This document shows, piece by piece, positions 35,901-50,119 of a stretch of 64,000 nucleotides of DNA. The notes beneath the pieces are model-generated. The model saw only the letters and a list, made by a program, of their open reading frames with translations. It ran no database searches and was not told where the DNA came from. The translations under genes and the position numbers were made by a program. The stretch lies in the NCBI RefSeq assembly GCF_009914755.1, contig NC_060941.1, one strand, 5' to 3'. Each line of letters opens with the position of its first letter. Positions within the stretch are counted from its first letter, which is position 1. Source of the DNA: the human T2T-CHM13v2.0 reference genome, Homo sapiens.

Positions 35901-38182
35901 AAACTGGATCCCTTCCTTACACCTTATACAAAAATTAATTCAAGATGGATTAAAGACTTAAATGTTAGACCTAAAACCATAAAAACCCTAGAAGAAAACC
36001 TAGGCATTACCTTTCAGGACATAGGCATGGGCAAGGATTTCATTACTAAAATACCAAAAGCAATTGAGACAAAAGCCAAAATTGACAAATGGGATCTAAT
36101 TAAACTAAAGAGCTTCTGCACAGCAAAAGAAACTACCGTCAGAGTGAACAGGCAACCTACAGAATGGGAGAAAATTTTTACAATCTACCCATCTGACAAA
36201 GGGCTAATATCCAGAATCTACAAAGGACTTAAACAAATTTACAAGAAAAAATCAAACAACCCCATCAGAAAGTGTGCAAAGGATATGAACAGACACTTCT
36301 CAAAAGAAGACATTTATGCAGCCAACAGACACATGAAAAAATGCTCACCATCACTGGCCATCAGAGAAATGCAAATCAAAACCACAATGAGATACCATCT
36401 CACACCAGTTAGAATGGCAATCATTAAAAAGTCAGGAAACAACAGGTGCTGGAAAGGATGTGGAGAAATAGGAACACTTTTACACTGTTGGTGGGATTGT
36501 AAAATAGTTCAATCATTGTGGAAGACAGTGTGGTGATTCCTCAGGGATCTAGAACTAGAAATACCATTTGACCCAGCAATCCCATTACTGGGTATATACT
36601 CAAAGGATTATAAATCATGCTGCTATAAAGAAAAACACACATGTATGTTTATTGCGGCACTATTCACAATAGCAAAGACTTGGAACCAACCCAAATGGCC
36701 ATCAATGATAGACTGGATTAAGAAAATGTGGCACATATACACCGTGGAATACTATGCAGCCATAAAAAAGATGAGTTCATGTCCTCTGTAGGAACATGGA
36801 TGAAGCTGGAAACCATCATTCTGAGCAAACTATCTCAAGCACAAAAAACCAAACACCGCATGTTCTCACTCATAGGTGGGAATTGAACATGAGAACACTT
36901 GGACACAGGGTGGGGAACATCACACACCAGGGCCTGTCATGGAGTCAGGGGAGGGAGGAGGAATGGCATTAGGAGATATACCTGGTGTAAATAACGAATT
37001 AATGGGTGCAGCACACCAACATGGCACATGTAGACATATGTAACAAACCTGCGCGTTGTGCACATGTACCCTAGAACTTAAAGTATAATAATATATAAAA
37101 AAAGATTTAGGCATGGACAAAAACTTCATGACTAACACCAAAAGCAATTGAGACAAAAGCCAAAATTGACAAATGGGATCTAATTAAACTAAAGAGCTTC
37201 TGCACAGCAAAAGAAACTACCATCAGAGTGAACAGGCAACCTACAGAATGGGAGAAAATTTTTACAATCTACCCATCTGACAAAGGGCTAATATCCAGAA
37301 TCTACAAAGGACTTAAAGAAATTTACAAGAAAAAAACAAACAACCCCATCAAAAAGTGGGCAAAGGATAGGAACAGACGCTCCTCAAAAGAAGACATTTA
37401 TGCAGCAGACAAACATATGAAAAAAAAGCTCATCATCACCGGTCATTAGAGAAACGCAAATCCGAACCATAATGAGATATCATTTCATGCCAGTTAGAAT
37501 GGCGATTATTAAAAAATCCTGAAAGAACAGATGCTGGCAAGACTGTGGTGAAATAGGAACACTTTACACTGTTGGTGGAAGTGCAAATTAGTTTAATCAT
37601 TGTGGAACACAGTATGGCGATTCTTCAAGGATCTATAACCAGAAATGCCATTTGATCCAGCAATCCCATTACTCGGTATATACCCAAAGGATTATAAATC
37701 ATTCTACTATAAAGACACATGCACACATATGTTTATTGCAGCACTATTTACAATAGCAAATACTTGGAACCAACCCATATGCCCATTGATTATAGTTTGG
37801 AATGTGGCGCATATACACCATGGAATACTATGCAGACATAAAAAAAAGAGTTAATGTTTTTGCAGGGATATGGATGATGCTGGAAGCAATCATCTACAGC
37901 AAGTTGACACAGGAACAGAAAAACAAATGCCGAATGTTCTCACTTATAAGTGGGAGTTGAACAACGAGAACACATGGAAACAGGGAGGGGAAGATCACAT
38001 ACGGGGCCTGTCGGTGGGTAGGGGGCAGGGGAAGGGAAAGCATTAGGACAAATACCTAATGCATGACAGATTGATAGGTGCAGCAAACCACTATGGCACA
38101 TGTATACCTATGTAACAAATCTGCACATTCTGCACATGTATCACAGAACTTAAGTAAAATTCTTATTTTACTTAAAGTAAAA
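32918..38182 (+). mobile_element. L1PA8-like element with complete 5' UTR, disrupted ORF1 (~34267-35293), ORF2 start (35358-35588) and 3' end (37108-38182); middle of ORF2 missing
   Basis: GGCCAAGATGGCTGAATAGGAAC start with YY1 motif. ORF1 peptides IGVPESDGENGTKLENTLQDIIQENFPNL and GKPIRLTADLSAETLQ. TSD TAAAA(A/T)AGACA(T/G)GC at 32904-32917 and 38183-38196. Confidence 0.93.
35591..37104 (+). mobile_element. 5'-truncated L1PA5-like element nested in the L1PA8-like element, same orientation
   Basis: Has its own complete 3' UTR and A-tail (37081-37104) before the host L1 resumes. Its 3' UTR diagnostics differ from the host's. Confidence 0.9.
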
Positions 38183-38217
38183 TAAAATAGACAGGCTCTT
38201 TATCTCAGAAGAACTGA

Positions 38218-38598
<381 letters not shown>

Positions 38599-39796
38599 CA
38601 CAGTTGGGAATTAAGTGTCCTGTTGATCACTAGTCTACTTGTCAGAGATATGTTTGAATAGGGATTTCCATACTATAATCAAAAAGGTGCTGATATTATT
38701 GTGTGAATAATCATAATATACATTCTCAGAGACTGAAGAATGATTATTTTGTGTAATTTTTATATTTAATCATTTTATTCTTCTCTTGAAGCCTAGTGTA
38801 GAATATCTACTAACTTCTTTTTTTACTTGAATACTAGGGAACTCACCTTTCCCACATCAGACTGGAAAACAGAGTTCCTTCATAAAAACCTTAATTGGCC
38901 AAGAGATAAATAGGATTCCTTCACGGAGAAGTAGTAGAACAGGAGAAGGAAAATGAGGAGAAGAAGGTGAAGGAAAGGGAAAGGGGAAGGGAGAGAGGCA
39001 GAGGGTTCATTTATTTGTGGACATCTCACATGTATAATGATTCGGTTACAGATTCATTTATTCATCATCTTGCTGGGCTTGGTGCCACAGGTAGAGATTT
39101 GATTGAAATTTAATCCTCACTAGCAGACAGGTATCCAGTCAAACAAGATCAGTGGATTGGTAAAAGTCAGTGAGATTAAAGGTGGCCCTAACAAAAAAAT
39201 GTCACCTATCACTAAGAACAACAACAAAATCTTAAAAGTGTCTACTCTGAGTCACCCAACTTCTGAGACAACTTGTGTCATTTAACACATTTTACAGTCA
39301 AAATAGAAATGTGTCATAAGCTCTAAATACAGCAACGACACCGGTACCAACACAGATGTTTATTTCAGATCTTTTACACTACTTCTCAAACATGTACCTT
39401 TTCTTTCAGCAGCCTCAAAGATGTTATAATTGGAAGAAAAGTACTTTGCAATTACTGTTTTGAAGTTTTCACCTCTGGGACAGTTTTCTGTTGTAGGTAT
39501 GTAACTTGGAAGTTATAGAAAGATACCATCTTAAGAACTTAAGATTGTATTCTGCTATGCAACAGGCAGTGAGCAAAGGTAAAGATATGAGAATATAATT
39601 TAAAGAGACAAAGAGACTCTCAGGTCAGAGACTTTCCAAAAATAGATGATGGATTGTATTTTTTTTTTAAATTTTCAATGTGAAGAGAAGGCTAACTTGC
39701 CTCAAAGGAAGCAACATAGAAATAAATATGCCATTGTCCACCCCAAATCCACCTAGGAGAAGATAAAACTTTAGTTAGCAAACTTTACGATTAAGG

Positions 39797-40172
39797 TGCT
39801 GTAAGCTGAATATTTGTGTCCCTCTCCCAAAACTTATACATTGAAGCCTAATCCTCAATGTGATGGCATTATAGGTGAGGCCTTTGGGAAGTAATTAGGT
39901 CATGTGGCCGGAACCCTCATAAGTAGGATTAATGCCCCTACTCATAAAAAAAGGAGAACACAGGAGATCTCTCTCTGCTCGTTCCCATGACAGGATACAA
40001 TGACAACAGAGCCATTTATTTGCATACTGGGAAGAGTGCTCCCACTAGACACCAGACTGCCTGACACTTTGATCTTCGACTGCACAGTATCCAGAACTGT
40101 GAGAAATAAATGTTTGTTCTCTAAGCCACCCAGTTGATTGTTAGTTGTTGTAGCAGCCAGAAATAACTACAA
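39797..40172 (+). mobile_element. MaLR solo LTR, MLT1A0-like
   Basis: TGCTGTAAGCTGAATATTTGTGTCCC...CCAGAACTGTGAGAAATAAATGTTTGTT...AAGCCACCCAGT. Confidence 0.8.
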
Positions 40173-40779
40173 CCTAAGATTCTTTTTAGTGAGATGAGTG
40201 TATTAGGCTATTAAACAATCAAGTTACCTAATTCTTCTATTCTGTCTTTAAGCAATATTCTGAACATAATTTGGATTTTCACGTAGATATGTCTACAATG
40301 AGAAAGTGTGTTAATCATGTGAACTTTTGGACAATTTTTCATGTTATAAATCAATATGTTTTCATTATGTCTCAATACATAAATCCTATGAGCTTAGTTT
40401 AATATGAGACATTGATTGAGAAACAAGTCTACTCTTCATGAGAAGACTAAATTAGGTTTCTGAGCCCAAAACAATGAACAAACAAAAAACCCGAGAGAGT
40501 GACCTAGTAAACTCACCAAGCTCTCTGGGCCATAGCTAAGTAGATGACATATACCACTCAATATGTTTTACAGTTTCCAAATTTCTTTAATACTTTCTTA
40601 AATTGTAAGGGTAGAATGGTCAAACATGTTATTTTATTCATTCATATTTACAATACCCTATTTTGTCTTGTCTAACACATGGGAAAAATTGAACACAACT
40701 CTGCTTGCTAGCTGCTTTTCTAAAACAGGGGATATAGCTAAGTTCAGGGAGATACCTTCAAAATGTGTCACTTAATAGA

Positions 40780-41106
40780 ATACAACATGGATGAATCTTC
40801 AAACATTATACTAAGAGAAAAAAGCCAGAAACAAAAGGCCATATATTTTACAATTTCAATTATATGAAATGTCCAAAATAAGCAAATCCATAAAGAGAGA
40901 TTAATGTTTGCTAGAGTCTGGGGGAAGGGAGATGAGGGAGTGACAATTAATGGATACATGGATTTTGGGGAGGAGTGATGAGAATGTTCTGGAAATGTAT
41001 AGTCATGATGGTAGCATATCTTTATAAGTATACTAAAAACCACTGAATTAGACACATTAAACAGGTTAAGTTTTTGGCATGTGAATTATAATCTCAATTT
41101 TTAAAA
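40780..41106 (+). mobile_element. L1MB7/8-like 3' end
   Basis: ACAACATGGATGAATCTTCAAACATTATACTAAG...AAAACCACTGAATT...TGTGAATTATAATCTCAAT. Confidence 0.75.
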
Positions 41107-43551
41107 ATGCTAATAGGGGCCATATGAAGGTAGTTGGATTTCAAATTATTTTTACTTTTACCCTTCGTATAGATTATTTATTTTTTAAATGAACGCAGTC
41201 TGGGATGAACAATAGACAGCTTTCATGAGTGTGGGGGACCTAGCTGAAAATCAGGCCACTTAGAGATTGTAATATAAATATCTGACTGTTAATGCCATAC
41301 ATACCTAGAAAAGTAAAACATTAAAATTCCATTTTAATTCTCTTCAGCTGGCATTGGTTATTATCAGCAACATGCTAAGTACAGAGTTGTGTAAATCTTT
41401 GGTCCCACTTTATATGAAATGGACTTGTATATGTTGATATAGATATTTACCTGGGATTAGTAAAATTTAAGCCTTTATGAAGTTGCCCATTTCTTCAATA
41501 AATATTTCTTCAGCTATTATATGAGACTTGAGTTACTATATGACATGAACTGTGTCAGTTACAAAACCCAGTGTGAGCAAACACTAAGTTCTTCCCCCAA
41601 ATGCTCCTTAGAACAAGGGTCACAGATGAAAAATTAGACTGGAAAATCCGTTAAATTGACCTACCATAGTATTCACACAACTTTTCATTCTTAATGTAAA
41701 TGTAAGGAAAATGCAAGATTTCTTTTTCTTTTCTTTCCAACAGCCCCCAGTTTACACAGACACTAGTAGTAGATGTGGGAAATACACACTTGGGTGACTA
41801 TAACCTATTTACAATGAGAGAAAAATCTTCAGGGATGAGTTAACATGTTTTATAGTGTTAATTACAGAAAGTGCAATACTAATAATGTTCAGGAGTTAAT
41901 TAACCACTTTCTGAACTTCACTCGTCTTGTCTCACACACTTGGCAGAGGCCATCAAAGTAATAATCTGTATCAAAGACTCTTATCTACTTTGAGGTTTGC
42001 AGAACTTCTTTGAGAATCTCTTTATGTCTTTTCTTTCTAATAAATGCATATAAGCACATTTAAACTGAAAACTGCAGAAATATCAAGGTTTTAATAATTA
42101 TCTTGGAAACCATCCATACATTCCTGAAACCTCAGAGATCTTAGGTTACAATTAATTCACTTATATGAAGAATGTCTTATTAATATAGATTAATACATTT
42201 TAGTTCATTCAATTAATTAAATGTTATCCATTATAAAATACTTAGAATTGTCTGGCTTACAGTAAGCTGTCAATGAGTGTTAGATCTTTTATTTTTACAG
42301 CATATGTTGAGCATATCATGTATTAGGCACTTTCTTAAATGCTAGATTAATAATATATAACATTTTCTATGTTTACTGTAAGACAGACATATATTTAATA
42401 CTTTTAATTACCCTATGCAGTATATATTTTCGTGCTTACTGCTTTAAGATGAAGAAACTGGCTGTACTGAAATTATCTTGCCCAAAGCCAGTAGGGCTTA
42501 TCATCAAATCTAGTACTTTACTACGACTTCTCTTCAATACCAGTAGAGAAACGGTAGGGCTTGTATTCAAATCTATTGCTTCTGATTCCAGAACCCATCC
42601 TTTTATTTCTGTGATATTCCATTGTTAGCAGATTTCACTCAACCTATGAAAAGCTTGTCTGGGATGATTCACTCACATCACCCAGGTGAACATATATCTC
42701 TTATAGGAAGAACTTTCAGTTAATATCAACTCAGATCAAAGCTAAACCTAGAGAGAGGCAAACTCCATAGTTGAAGTAAACGACATGACATAAATTTGCA
42801 TTGGCAGAGTGCTTAAAGTGCTACCTTTTCAAAAGTAAAAGAGTATATAAATTATCATAAACTTCTTTTGTTGAATGAACTCTCCCCTCATTCACCTCAC
42901 TAGAAAAGGCTGAATATTTGAATTCCTATAATTTTAATATCAAGAATCCTAGTGCACATTTAAAAGGTTATACAGTTTGTGAAAGGAATGAGACTTTGCC
43001 CCTTGCTTTTGCCTTATGATGGTGTAAGTCAAAGGTGCTATAGTTTAAAATACTCTTGGTTAAATCTCAGATTTGGGCTTGTGCATTTAAATTCTAGAGA
43101 TATTATTAAGACTGTTGGTCTCCTTAAGAATCAAGACAGGTTTTTAAAACTTGCTAAGATGTTTGATTTTAAATACTTCTTAGATGAAAAAGTACCAGAG
43201 TCTAAAATGTTCAGATCTAGAAAAAAAGAGAGATTTGTTTACCAGTACATGTTTGAATTTTTAGGAAAACAAAAAGATTCATGGAGATATGGCCTTTAAT
43301 CAAGCTATGTTTCCAATGCAGATGAAACTGAAGTGCAAATGCAAAAATAAGCTGGCTTGTCAATCATAGCTAGTCGAATCACCAGGGGTGTGAAACGTTT
43401 GGATTTTTGGATTTTAAAGGGTTAGACAAAGACGGGATAGAAACTTGCTGTGTTGAAAAGGATACTGTTTTTGGAATTTTCAGACTTTTTGTCCTTACTG
43501 TTAAAATAAACAGCATCGATGGCACTCATTTCTCCTACTCCTTCTTCCTCC

Positions 43552-43938
43552 TCTTAAATTAAGTTTAGCCTCAAGCTGCCTCCTTACATATTTTAAGTTT
43601 GGCCTAAGGGTTTTTCTGTACATCGTGAACTATAACCAGCAGAGGTATAAACAGACCGTTGCCTACACTTGGGCCAATCAGCGAGTTTTGGCCAAATAGC
43701 CAACTATTCCAACCATGTTCAAATATGGCAAACACTGTAACCAATCCAGCAATTTCTATACTTCACTTCTGTTTTCTGTACCTCACTTTCCTTTTTCTGT
43801 CCATAAATCTTCCACCACGTGGCTGCACTGGAGTCTTTGAGCCTACTTGGGCTCGGCAGGCTACCCTATTAATGTAGTGTTCATGGCTCAATTAAACTCC
43901 TTTAAATTTAATTCAACTGAAGTTTTTTTCTTTTAACA
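43552..43938 (+). mobile_element. ERV1 solo LTR, MER57A/B-like
   Basis: T(C)TTAAATTAAGTTTAGCC...CTTTTAACA. 4-bp TSD CTCC at 43548-43551 and 43939-43942. Confidence 0.8.
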
Positions 43939-44185
43939 CTCCTCAGCAAAAAAACATTTGTAATGCTCCCTGCCTCACCAGCTAATCCATTCTTATCATC
44001 TGGTATTCTACTGGACATTATATTTTTAAACAGTCACTAGGAGAAATACACTTGCAAATAGCTAGTTGAGACTGAAAAATGATCAAAGAAGTTTAAATCT
44101 GATGAGACTCCTAGGGAAATACCTATTAGAAGCATGTGCATGGGTTGAGGGAGCTAAGAGAAGTCATAGTAAGAAACACAGTAAT

Positions 44186-44475
<290 letters not shown>

Positions 44476-44847
44476 AAGAAAAACAGTAAAACCTATGGAG
44501 ACCCATAATTACAAAGAAGCATGCTGACGGTATATAGCTGGTCAAACAAACAAACAAACAAAAAACAGGGAACAGGGAGACTCAGGAACATCTTATTCTG
44601 AATTCTATATTCTTCCCACGCTCTTCATAGACCCAACTCTAACAAATTGTTTTTGGGAAACCCTTTATTCCCCCAAGGCTCTGAGTTATTTTAGAAGGAG
44701 TGTATTAGATTCACATTTGGCTACTTAGAGACAGATGTATACATCCATGTTACTTAAATGTTGACAATCTGCAATGCGAAGGCTTGAAGCACGCAAAAAA
44801 TACTTGGTGTCTGCTCTAAAGACAGAGCTAATACGATAGCTCCCTAA

Positions 44848-46605
44848 TGATGGTGGCAGGGGCCCATCTGGGGTGGCCACTGTGAGGACTCCAGCTGCAG
44901 TGGGGGAGGTGCGACCAGGGCTGTGCGCTCGGTGGGGGCTGGTAACTGGTGATCCCAGTGGGAGCCCCATACCCTACTGAGTTGGCAGGGAGGGAGTCCT
45001 TGCCTGCAGGTGCAGCTACAGCTGCCCAGCTGCAGCTCCAGACCCAGGCATCCCTGCACTCTTGGGAGCTCAGGAAGCCCTCTTCCCCTGCAGGCTCAGA
45101 AGTGCCTGCTCCCACTCACAAACCTTTTCCTGCTCCTGGTGCCGACTCCAGTGCAGAGCAAAGTTATGGCTAAGCCCGAGGGCTGTCACAGCCTGGCCGG
45201 GTGTGCGTGTACTTGGGGCAGCACTGACGTACAAGCCCCCTGTTCCCTTGGCCCCTTCCAGACTTTGAGCACCGACAAGTGTGGGAGGGAGGCTGAGGTA
45301 CTGAGGGCAGCTTGTCGTGGGCCTGTGGGTGCCCCTCAGCAGGAACAGCCTGTGCACTGTGGATGTAATGTTGATGGCAGCGGGAGGCACACAGATTCTT
45401 AGGAGGGAAGGGGCAGGTCCCCAGTGAAACCCCACCTTCAAGCCAGGGAGAGGTTGAAGCTTGGGGGCCAGGCTCCCAGTTCCAGGTGGGGTTCATGACC
45501 AGGAGTGAGAACTTCATTGATGTCTTTCAGCCAGTCAGATGGTGCTTTTTCCAGGCCTGCCTATGTCTGCCTATGGACAAGTCAGCATGCGCTTCCTCCA
45601 TTCTGAGCATATTAAGAACCCCAGACTCAGCCAGAGTCAGACACTTGTCAGGATGACCAGCCTGCAGAAAGGAGCTACCCACTTCAGGTCTCCTGAGAGC
45701 CATTCTGTCACTCAATAAAGCTCTCCTCCTTGCTTACCCTCCAGTTGTCCACATAAATTCATTCCTCCTGGACATGGGACAGGAACTCGGGAATTGACAA
45801 ATGCAGGGAGTGAAAGGAACTGTAACACATTCCTGGCCAGCTCGCTAAGCTGCAGGTGGCGACACAGTCCTGGACTGCAGGAGTGAAGAGTGGCAACCCT
45901 TCCGGGGCCCAGACCTTAGAATACCCATGGCCAGAACTGCTGTAACACTATATCCCTCCACCAGTGCTGGGTGGTTGCCCCACAAGACAGGAAGCAGCAG
46001 CGGTACAGGGTCAGCCCAAGAGCTGTGGCCAGAGTGGGACAGTGGGACTGAGAGACCTGTAACACAAACAGGCTGAAACACATCCCCCCAAAACTCGCCC
46101 CCTCACTCACCAAGCTGTGGGCAATAATAAGGAGAGAAGAGCTGTGGCCTTTCTGGGAGCCCAGACCTCGGGGCTCCCTAAGTCAGGGATGTGACATGCT
46201 ATAACACTCTCTTTGGGGCTCTGTGGTTCCTGGCATCTCTGAGTTTTTGGGTGCCACCATCTTTTCCTCATCCAGATGCTGGTGCCTGCAGCAGAAGCTT
46301 CTAGTGGTACATCTGGTCCAGCCTCAGCCTTGCACAAAGCTGGCACCTGGAACTACCTGCCACACTACAGCAGGCAGTGTGCCTGGCTGTGCTCAGTGTC
46401 CAGACCCCATGCTCGCTTGCTCACACACCCCTTGCCACTCCCCACCTGGCTCGTGGCATCCAGGCCAGTAACGCGAGCTGAGTACAGCCTGCCAGGCCAA
46501 GTCAGCATAACAAGCCCAGCAGGCAAGAGCAATACTCAAGCAGAAGGTGCCACTGCCCACAGAGGTTTCCAGCTGGCGAAGTGACACCCTAAGGATCCAA
46601 TGACA
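44848..46605 (+). mobile_element. Long GC-rich ERV1 solo LTR, MER52-like (~1.76 kb)
   Basis: TGATGG...GGATCCAATGACA termini, AATAAA near 45714, flanks CTAA/CTAC. Explains the GC-rich ORF cluster at 44.7-46.7 kb. Confidence 0.8.
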
Positions 46606-46753
46606 CTACTATACAAGTTGCAGGAACATGAGAACACTTTCCTTCTTTCATCTTGATTTGTCCTTAAATCTAGTTCAGTGAAAATGTGCATGGCAAACTG
46701 CCTTCCACCATGAAATCTGCTAAACGAGCACCCTGTTCCCATTAGTTACTGAA

Positions 46754-46766
46754 CACACACACACAA

Positions 46767-46804
<38 letters not shown>

Positions 46805-46810
46805 AGAGAG
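46754..46810. repeat. Compound (CA)n(GA)n microsatellite
   Basis: Directly visible. Confidence 0.95.
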
Positions 46811-47639
46811 TTATTCTTCTCATCTATCCTAAATTTTACTGACCTGGGGCACAGTCCCAGAATATAAAACCTCTAGCTTTCAAACAAAGGGACAATTCAA
46901 TGACACACAGCTCCTGAGAGAAATTTCCATTAAAAAAAATAAAAGCAAAATGAGCCCAGGTAGGTAAGAGATTATCAGAGGGTAGTGCCATATTTCAGCC
47001 AGCTGATAAATATATGGCAGCACTGTAGGTCTTATCTACCTATGTCTCCTAGAATTGAGTAGTGAGGAGTTGTCAAGGAGATGCATATTAACACATTTAT
47101 CTGCTTTGACAAATGAAATCAGGTATAGTCAGTGAGAAAATTACGCTGATTTGGCTGAATGGTTGTCCAGTAACCTCTGGTTTTTCTATGGTGAATATTT
47201 TCTCCATGGTGAATATTTTCCACAAACTGAATGAGGAAAATCTACTGTTCAAAACTTTGATGAAAATGTATTTAACAAATATAAACACTAGGTTGGGAAA
47301 TAAACATGACAATTTTCAAACATAAAATTAGATGATAACTTAAAAATGTGTGAGGGGCCTAGCAGTTATTTTTAAAATATCTTAGGATGTGTATAAGCAA
47401 AAAAAAAAAATGTGTAGACAATTTGCTTGTACCAACTTTAGAACCCTAGTTAGACCTGAAATCTACAATTTAAAAATAATGGTAATGGATACCTTTTCAG
47501 AATAACATGCATCTATCATTCTTGGAATAGTTAAAGCAACAGGTATATTTAGCTCTTTAACTTACAGAAGAGCTGTTATGGGACATCCAGAAGCTAACCT
47601 TGATTATTTTAAAGATTATTTTTTCAGGAATAGGATTAA

Positions 47640-47850
47640 TCCTCCAAATTTTTCTAGAAGACAGAACTAGAGTCAGTAGGCTAATCACTTTCAAGAAAGC
47701 AGATTTCATCTTAATATAAGGTAGAGCTCCCTAACCATGAGCACTGTCCAAAAATGTAGTAGATTTCCAACTCTGAACATGTCTAGCACAGGCTAGAGAC
47801 ACACTGGGTAGGAGGAATATAATAAGCTAGGTCATTTCTAGCTTTCAGAC
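47640..47850 (+). mobile_element. L3/MIR3 (CR1-related) fragment
   Basis: GCAGATTTCATCTTAATATAAGG...CACTGTCCAAAAATG motif. Confidence 0.45.
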
Positions 47851-49689
47851 ATAAAATAATGTAGCAGGTACAGTGACTCACTATTTATTGAACTTGGCCT
47901 TAAATCTTAAGGAAAGTAAATCTAACTCTTCTTCTTAGGAATGGTCAGATTTTCTGTACTTTCTGATGATCTTGTAGTGGAGAATAAGTGAAATTCATTT
48001 TCTTTAGCATGTGGTAATGACTACAAGCAAATAAATTTGATATTTATGAGATTCATGTAGAGGCCCCAAAGTATTCCACTGGGGAGCTTGAGATTGAATT
48101 ATTCATCTACTGCAAAGGAATCACACAACAGCAAAAGTACCAGGCAGCATAATTTCACAACTCCTTTTATTTCTGTCATTGAAGAGATTTTCCAAGTTTA
48201 GTTTTCTCCTGTTTCAGGTAGGTGTACTATTTATTCTACTTCCTTGAAACAAAAATTCACAGCCAACATCATCACAAGGCATCTCTGTTCACTTTACTTT
48301 AACTATAAATAAACTCTGCTATCTGCAGCTCCTTGGCTGCCACCTCTGGAAATGTTGCCACAACTGGTCCTCACTTTCCCCTTCAGCTTCAGACTCTCTC
48401 TGTCTGACTCTTTTGGTGTTTTATTCTCTCATAAGTTATTTTCACCATTTTTTAAAATAAAAGTGATACAGAGAAAGGGGAAAGAAGAAGAAAGGAGGAA
48501 GAGACAGAAAATGACTCAAAGTTACCTTCCGTTTTTAAGAGGTCTCTTTGCATGGATAAACTGAAGTCATAAGTTGTGTGTCCTTGGATGATGCTTTAAT
48601 ATCATTAGTTTTTTGAAAATGAAGAGAATCCTGAGTTATTGCTTATGTTTATACAAATAAATCCCATATTTCACATCTGTCACTAACTTACTGACTTAAT
48701 TGAATGCGTATCAGTTGGTATTTAAGGGCCAAAGAACTGTAAGAACTGATGTCATTTATTGAATCAAGCAATGGGTTATTGAAATTCCTGTAGCCCTGTT
48801 TTACGTGCTAGGGATACAGAAGTGAGCAAGATCCATGTCTTCTGAGGCTTTCTGTCTAGTGAGCAGGTACACTAAATGTGTTTTTATCAGAAACAAAATC
48901 TATGTTGAAATCAGGGAAAAAACACATGGTGTAAGTAACTCCTGATTCTGTTAAGTTGAATTACGTGTACTCTGTTGTAAGTAAAGGGAAAATACTCACC
49001 TGCCCTACCCGGTGGTTTATGCTCATTTTGTCTCATCTCATAGAGAGAAAGTGTGTGGTGGTTGGGAGAAAAAATGAACTGGAATAGGTTGAACTTGAGT
49101 CTGAGTTTTATTTTTAACACTTACTAACTGTTGATCCACAGTGCTCTCTTTTCCTCTTCCTTCTTTCTTTACATGGGAACAGTAATAGATATGTCACATA
49201 GTCATGATAACTTCATGAGACAAAACATGCAAAACACATAGTAGTAGAGTGCTTTGGACCGAGTAGGTTGTTAAAAAATATTGCTTCTAATTTTTCTTCC
49301 CTTTACCTTCTTGTTCTTACCTGGCCACCATGAAAGGCAGACATGGAGACTCATTCAGCACTGCAAGTGGGACAATTTGATTAGGCTTATTTCTTTTTCC
49401 TTCATCATAAACCCAATGTGTACACTGTGAAGTACACAAGAGACAGGAGAGCACAATACAAAATGATTACCTAATTTTAAGCGATTCTTTCAACAGCTTT
49501 CTCCACAGCTCATTTTAAAGTTTGTGGGGTTTTTTTTTTTTCACTTTCAGCTCACAAGGACTCTAACCTTGACTAAATGCTTATGTCTGCACACTTATTA
49601 GCATCACAGGGGTCCATTAGAAGGCCTGGTCCCTAGAGAAGGCAGGGAGGCACCTGTTAGATTGTTACTATTAGGAATGTTTATTTAAC

Positions 49690-50020
49690 AAGAAGTGTGG
49701 AGGTTATCGTGTTGCAGAGAGACACCTGTTTCAAGGTCAAGCCTTCTGACTGTGGGCAGCGTGAATCCAGTGATTGGCTGATATGGGAGCAAAAAGGTCT
49801 TGCCCCCTTGAGGGAAATTAAGACAAGTCTGAAGGAACATCGTAAGCAGGGGCGGCTGAGGCCGTATTGTAATTTCATCACAGCCCAACTTTTCCTCCAC
49901 CTCGTGTTTCTTCCTTCTCCTCTCCCACAGGTGTTGCTTGAGGGGACACATTCCAGTAAGTTTTTGTATGCACTAATCACTATCTCAGAGGCTGCCTTCT
50001 TGGGAAAGCCAACCTGCCAT
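49690..50020. mobile_element. Ancient ERVL-type LTR fragment (LTR33/LTR16-like)
   Basis: CTCAGAGGCTGCCTTCTTGGGAAAGCCAACC end resembles recalled ERVL LTRs. Confidence 0.4.
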
Positions 50021-50119
50021 GAGGAGTCAGGTATTAACTGTCCCACTCATTGACATCAAGTGCCCTGCTCAGAGTCACAGTCTAGTGTCAATTCCATAAC
50101 TCAAAAGCCCATGGCAGTC

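Noticed and set aside
44725-46742. Dense cluster of ORFs or a CpG-island gene
   Set aside because: Lies almost wholly within a GC-rich MER52-like LTR. ORFs occur in all frames with no recognisable protein.
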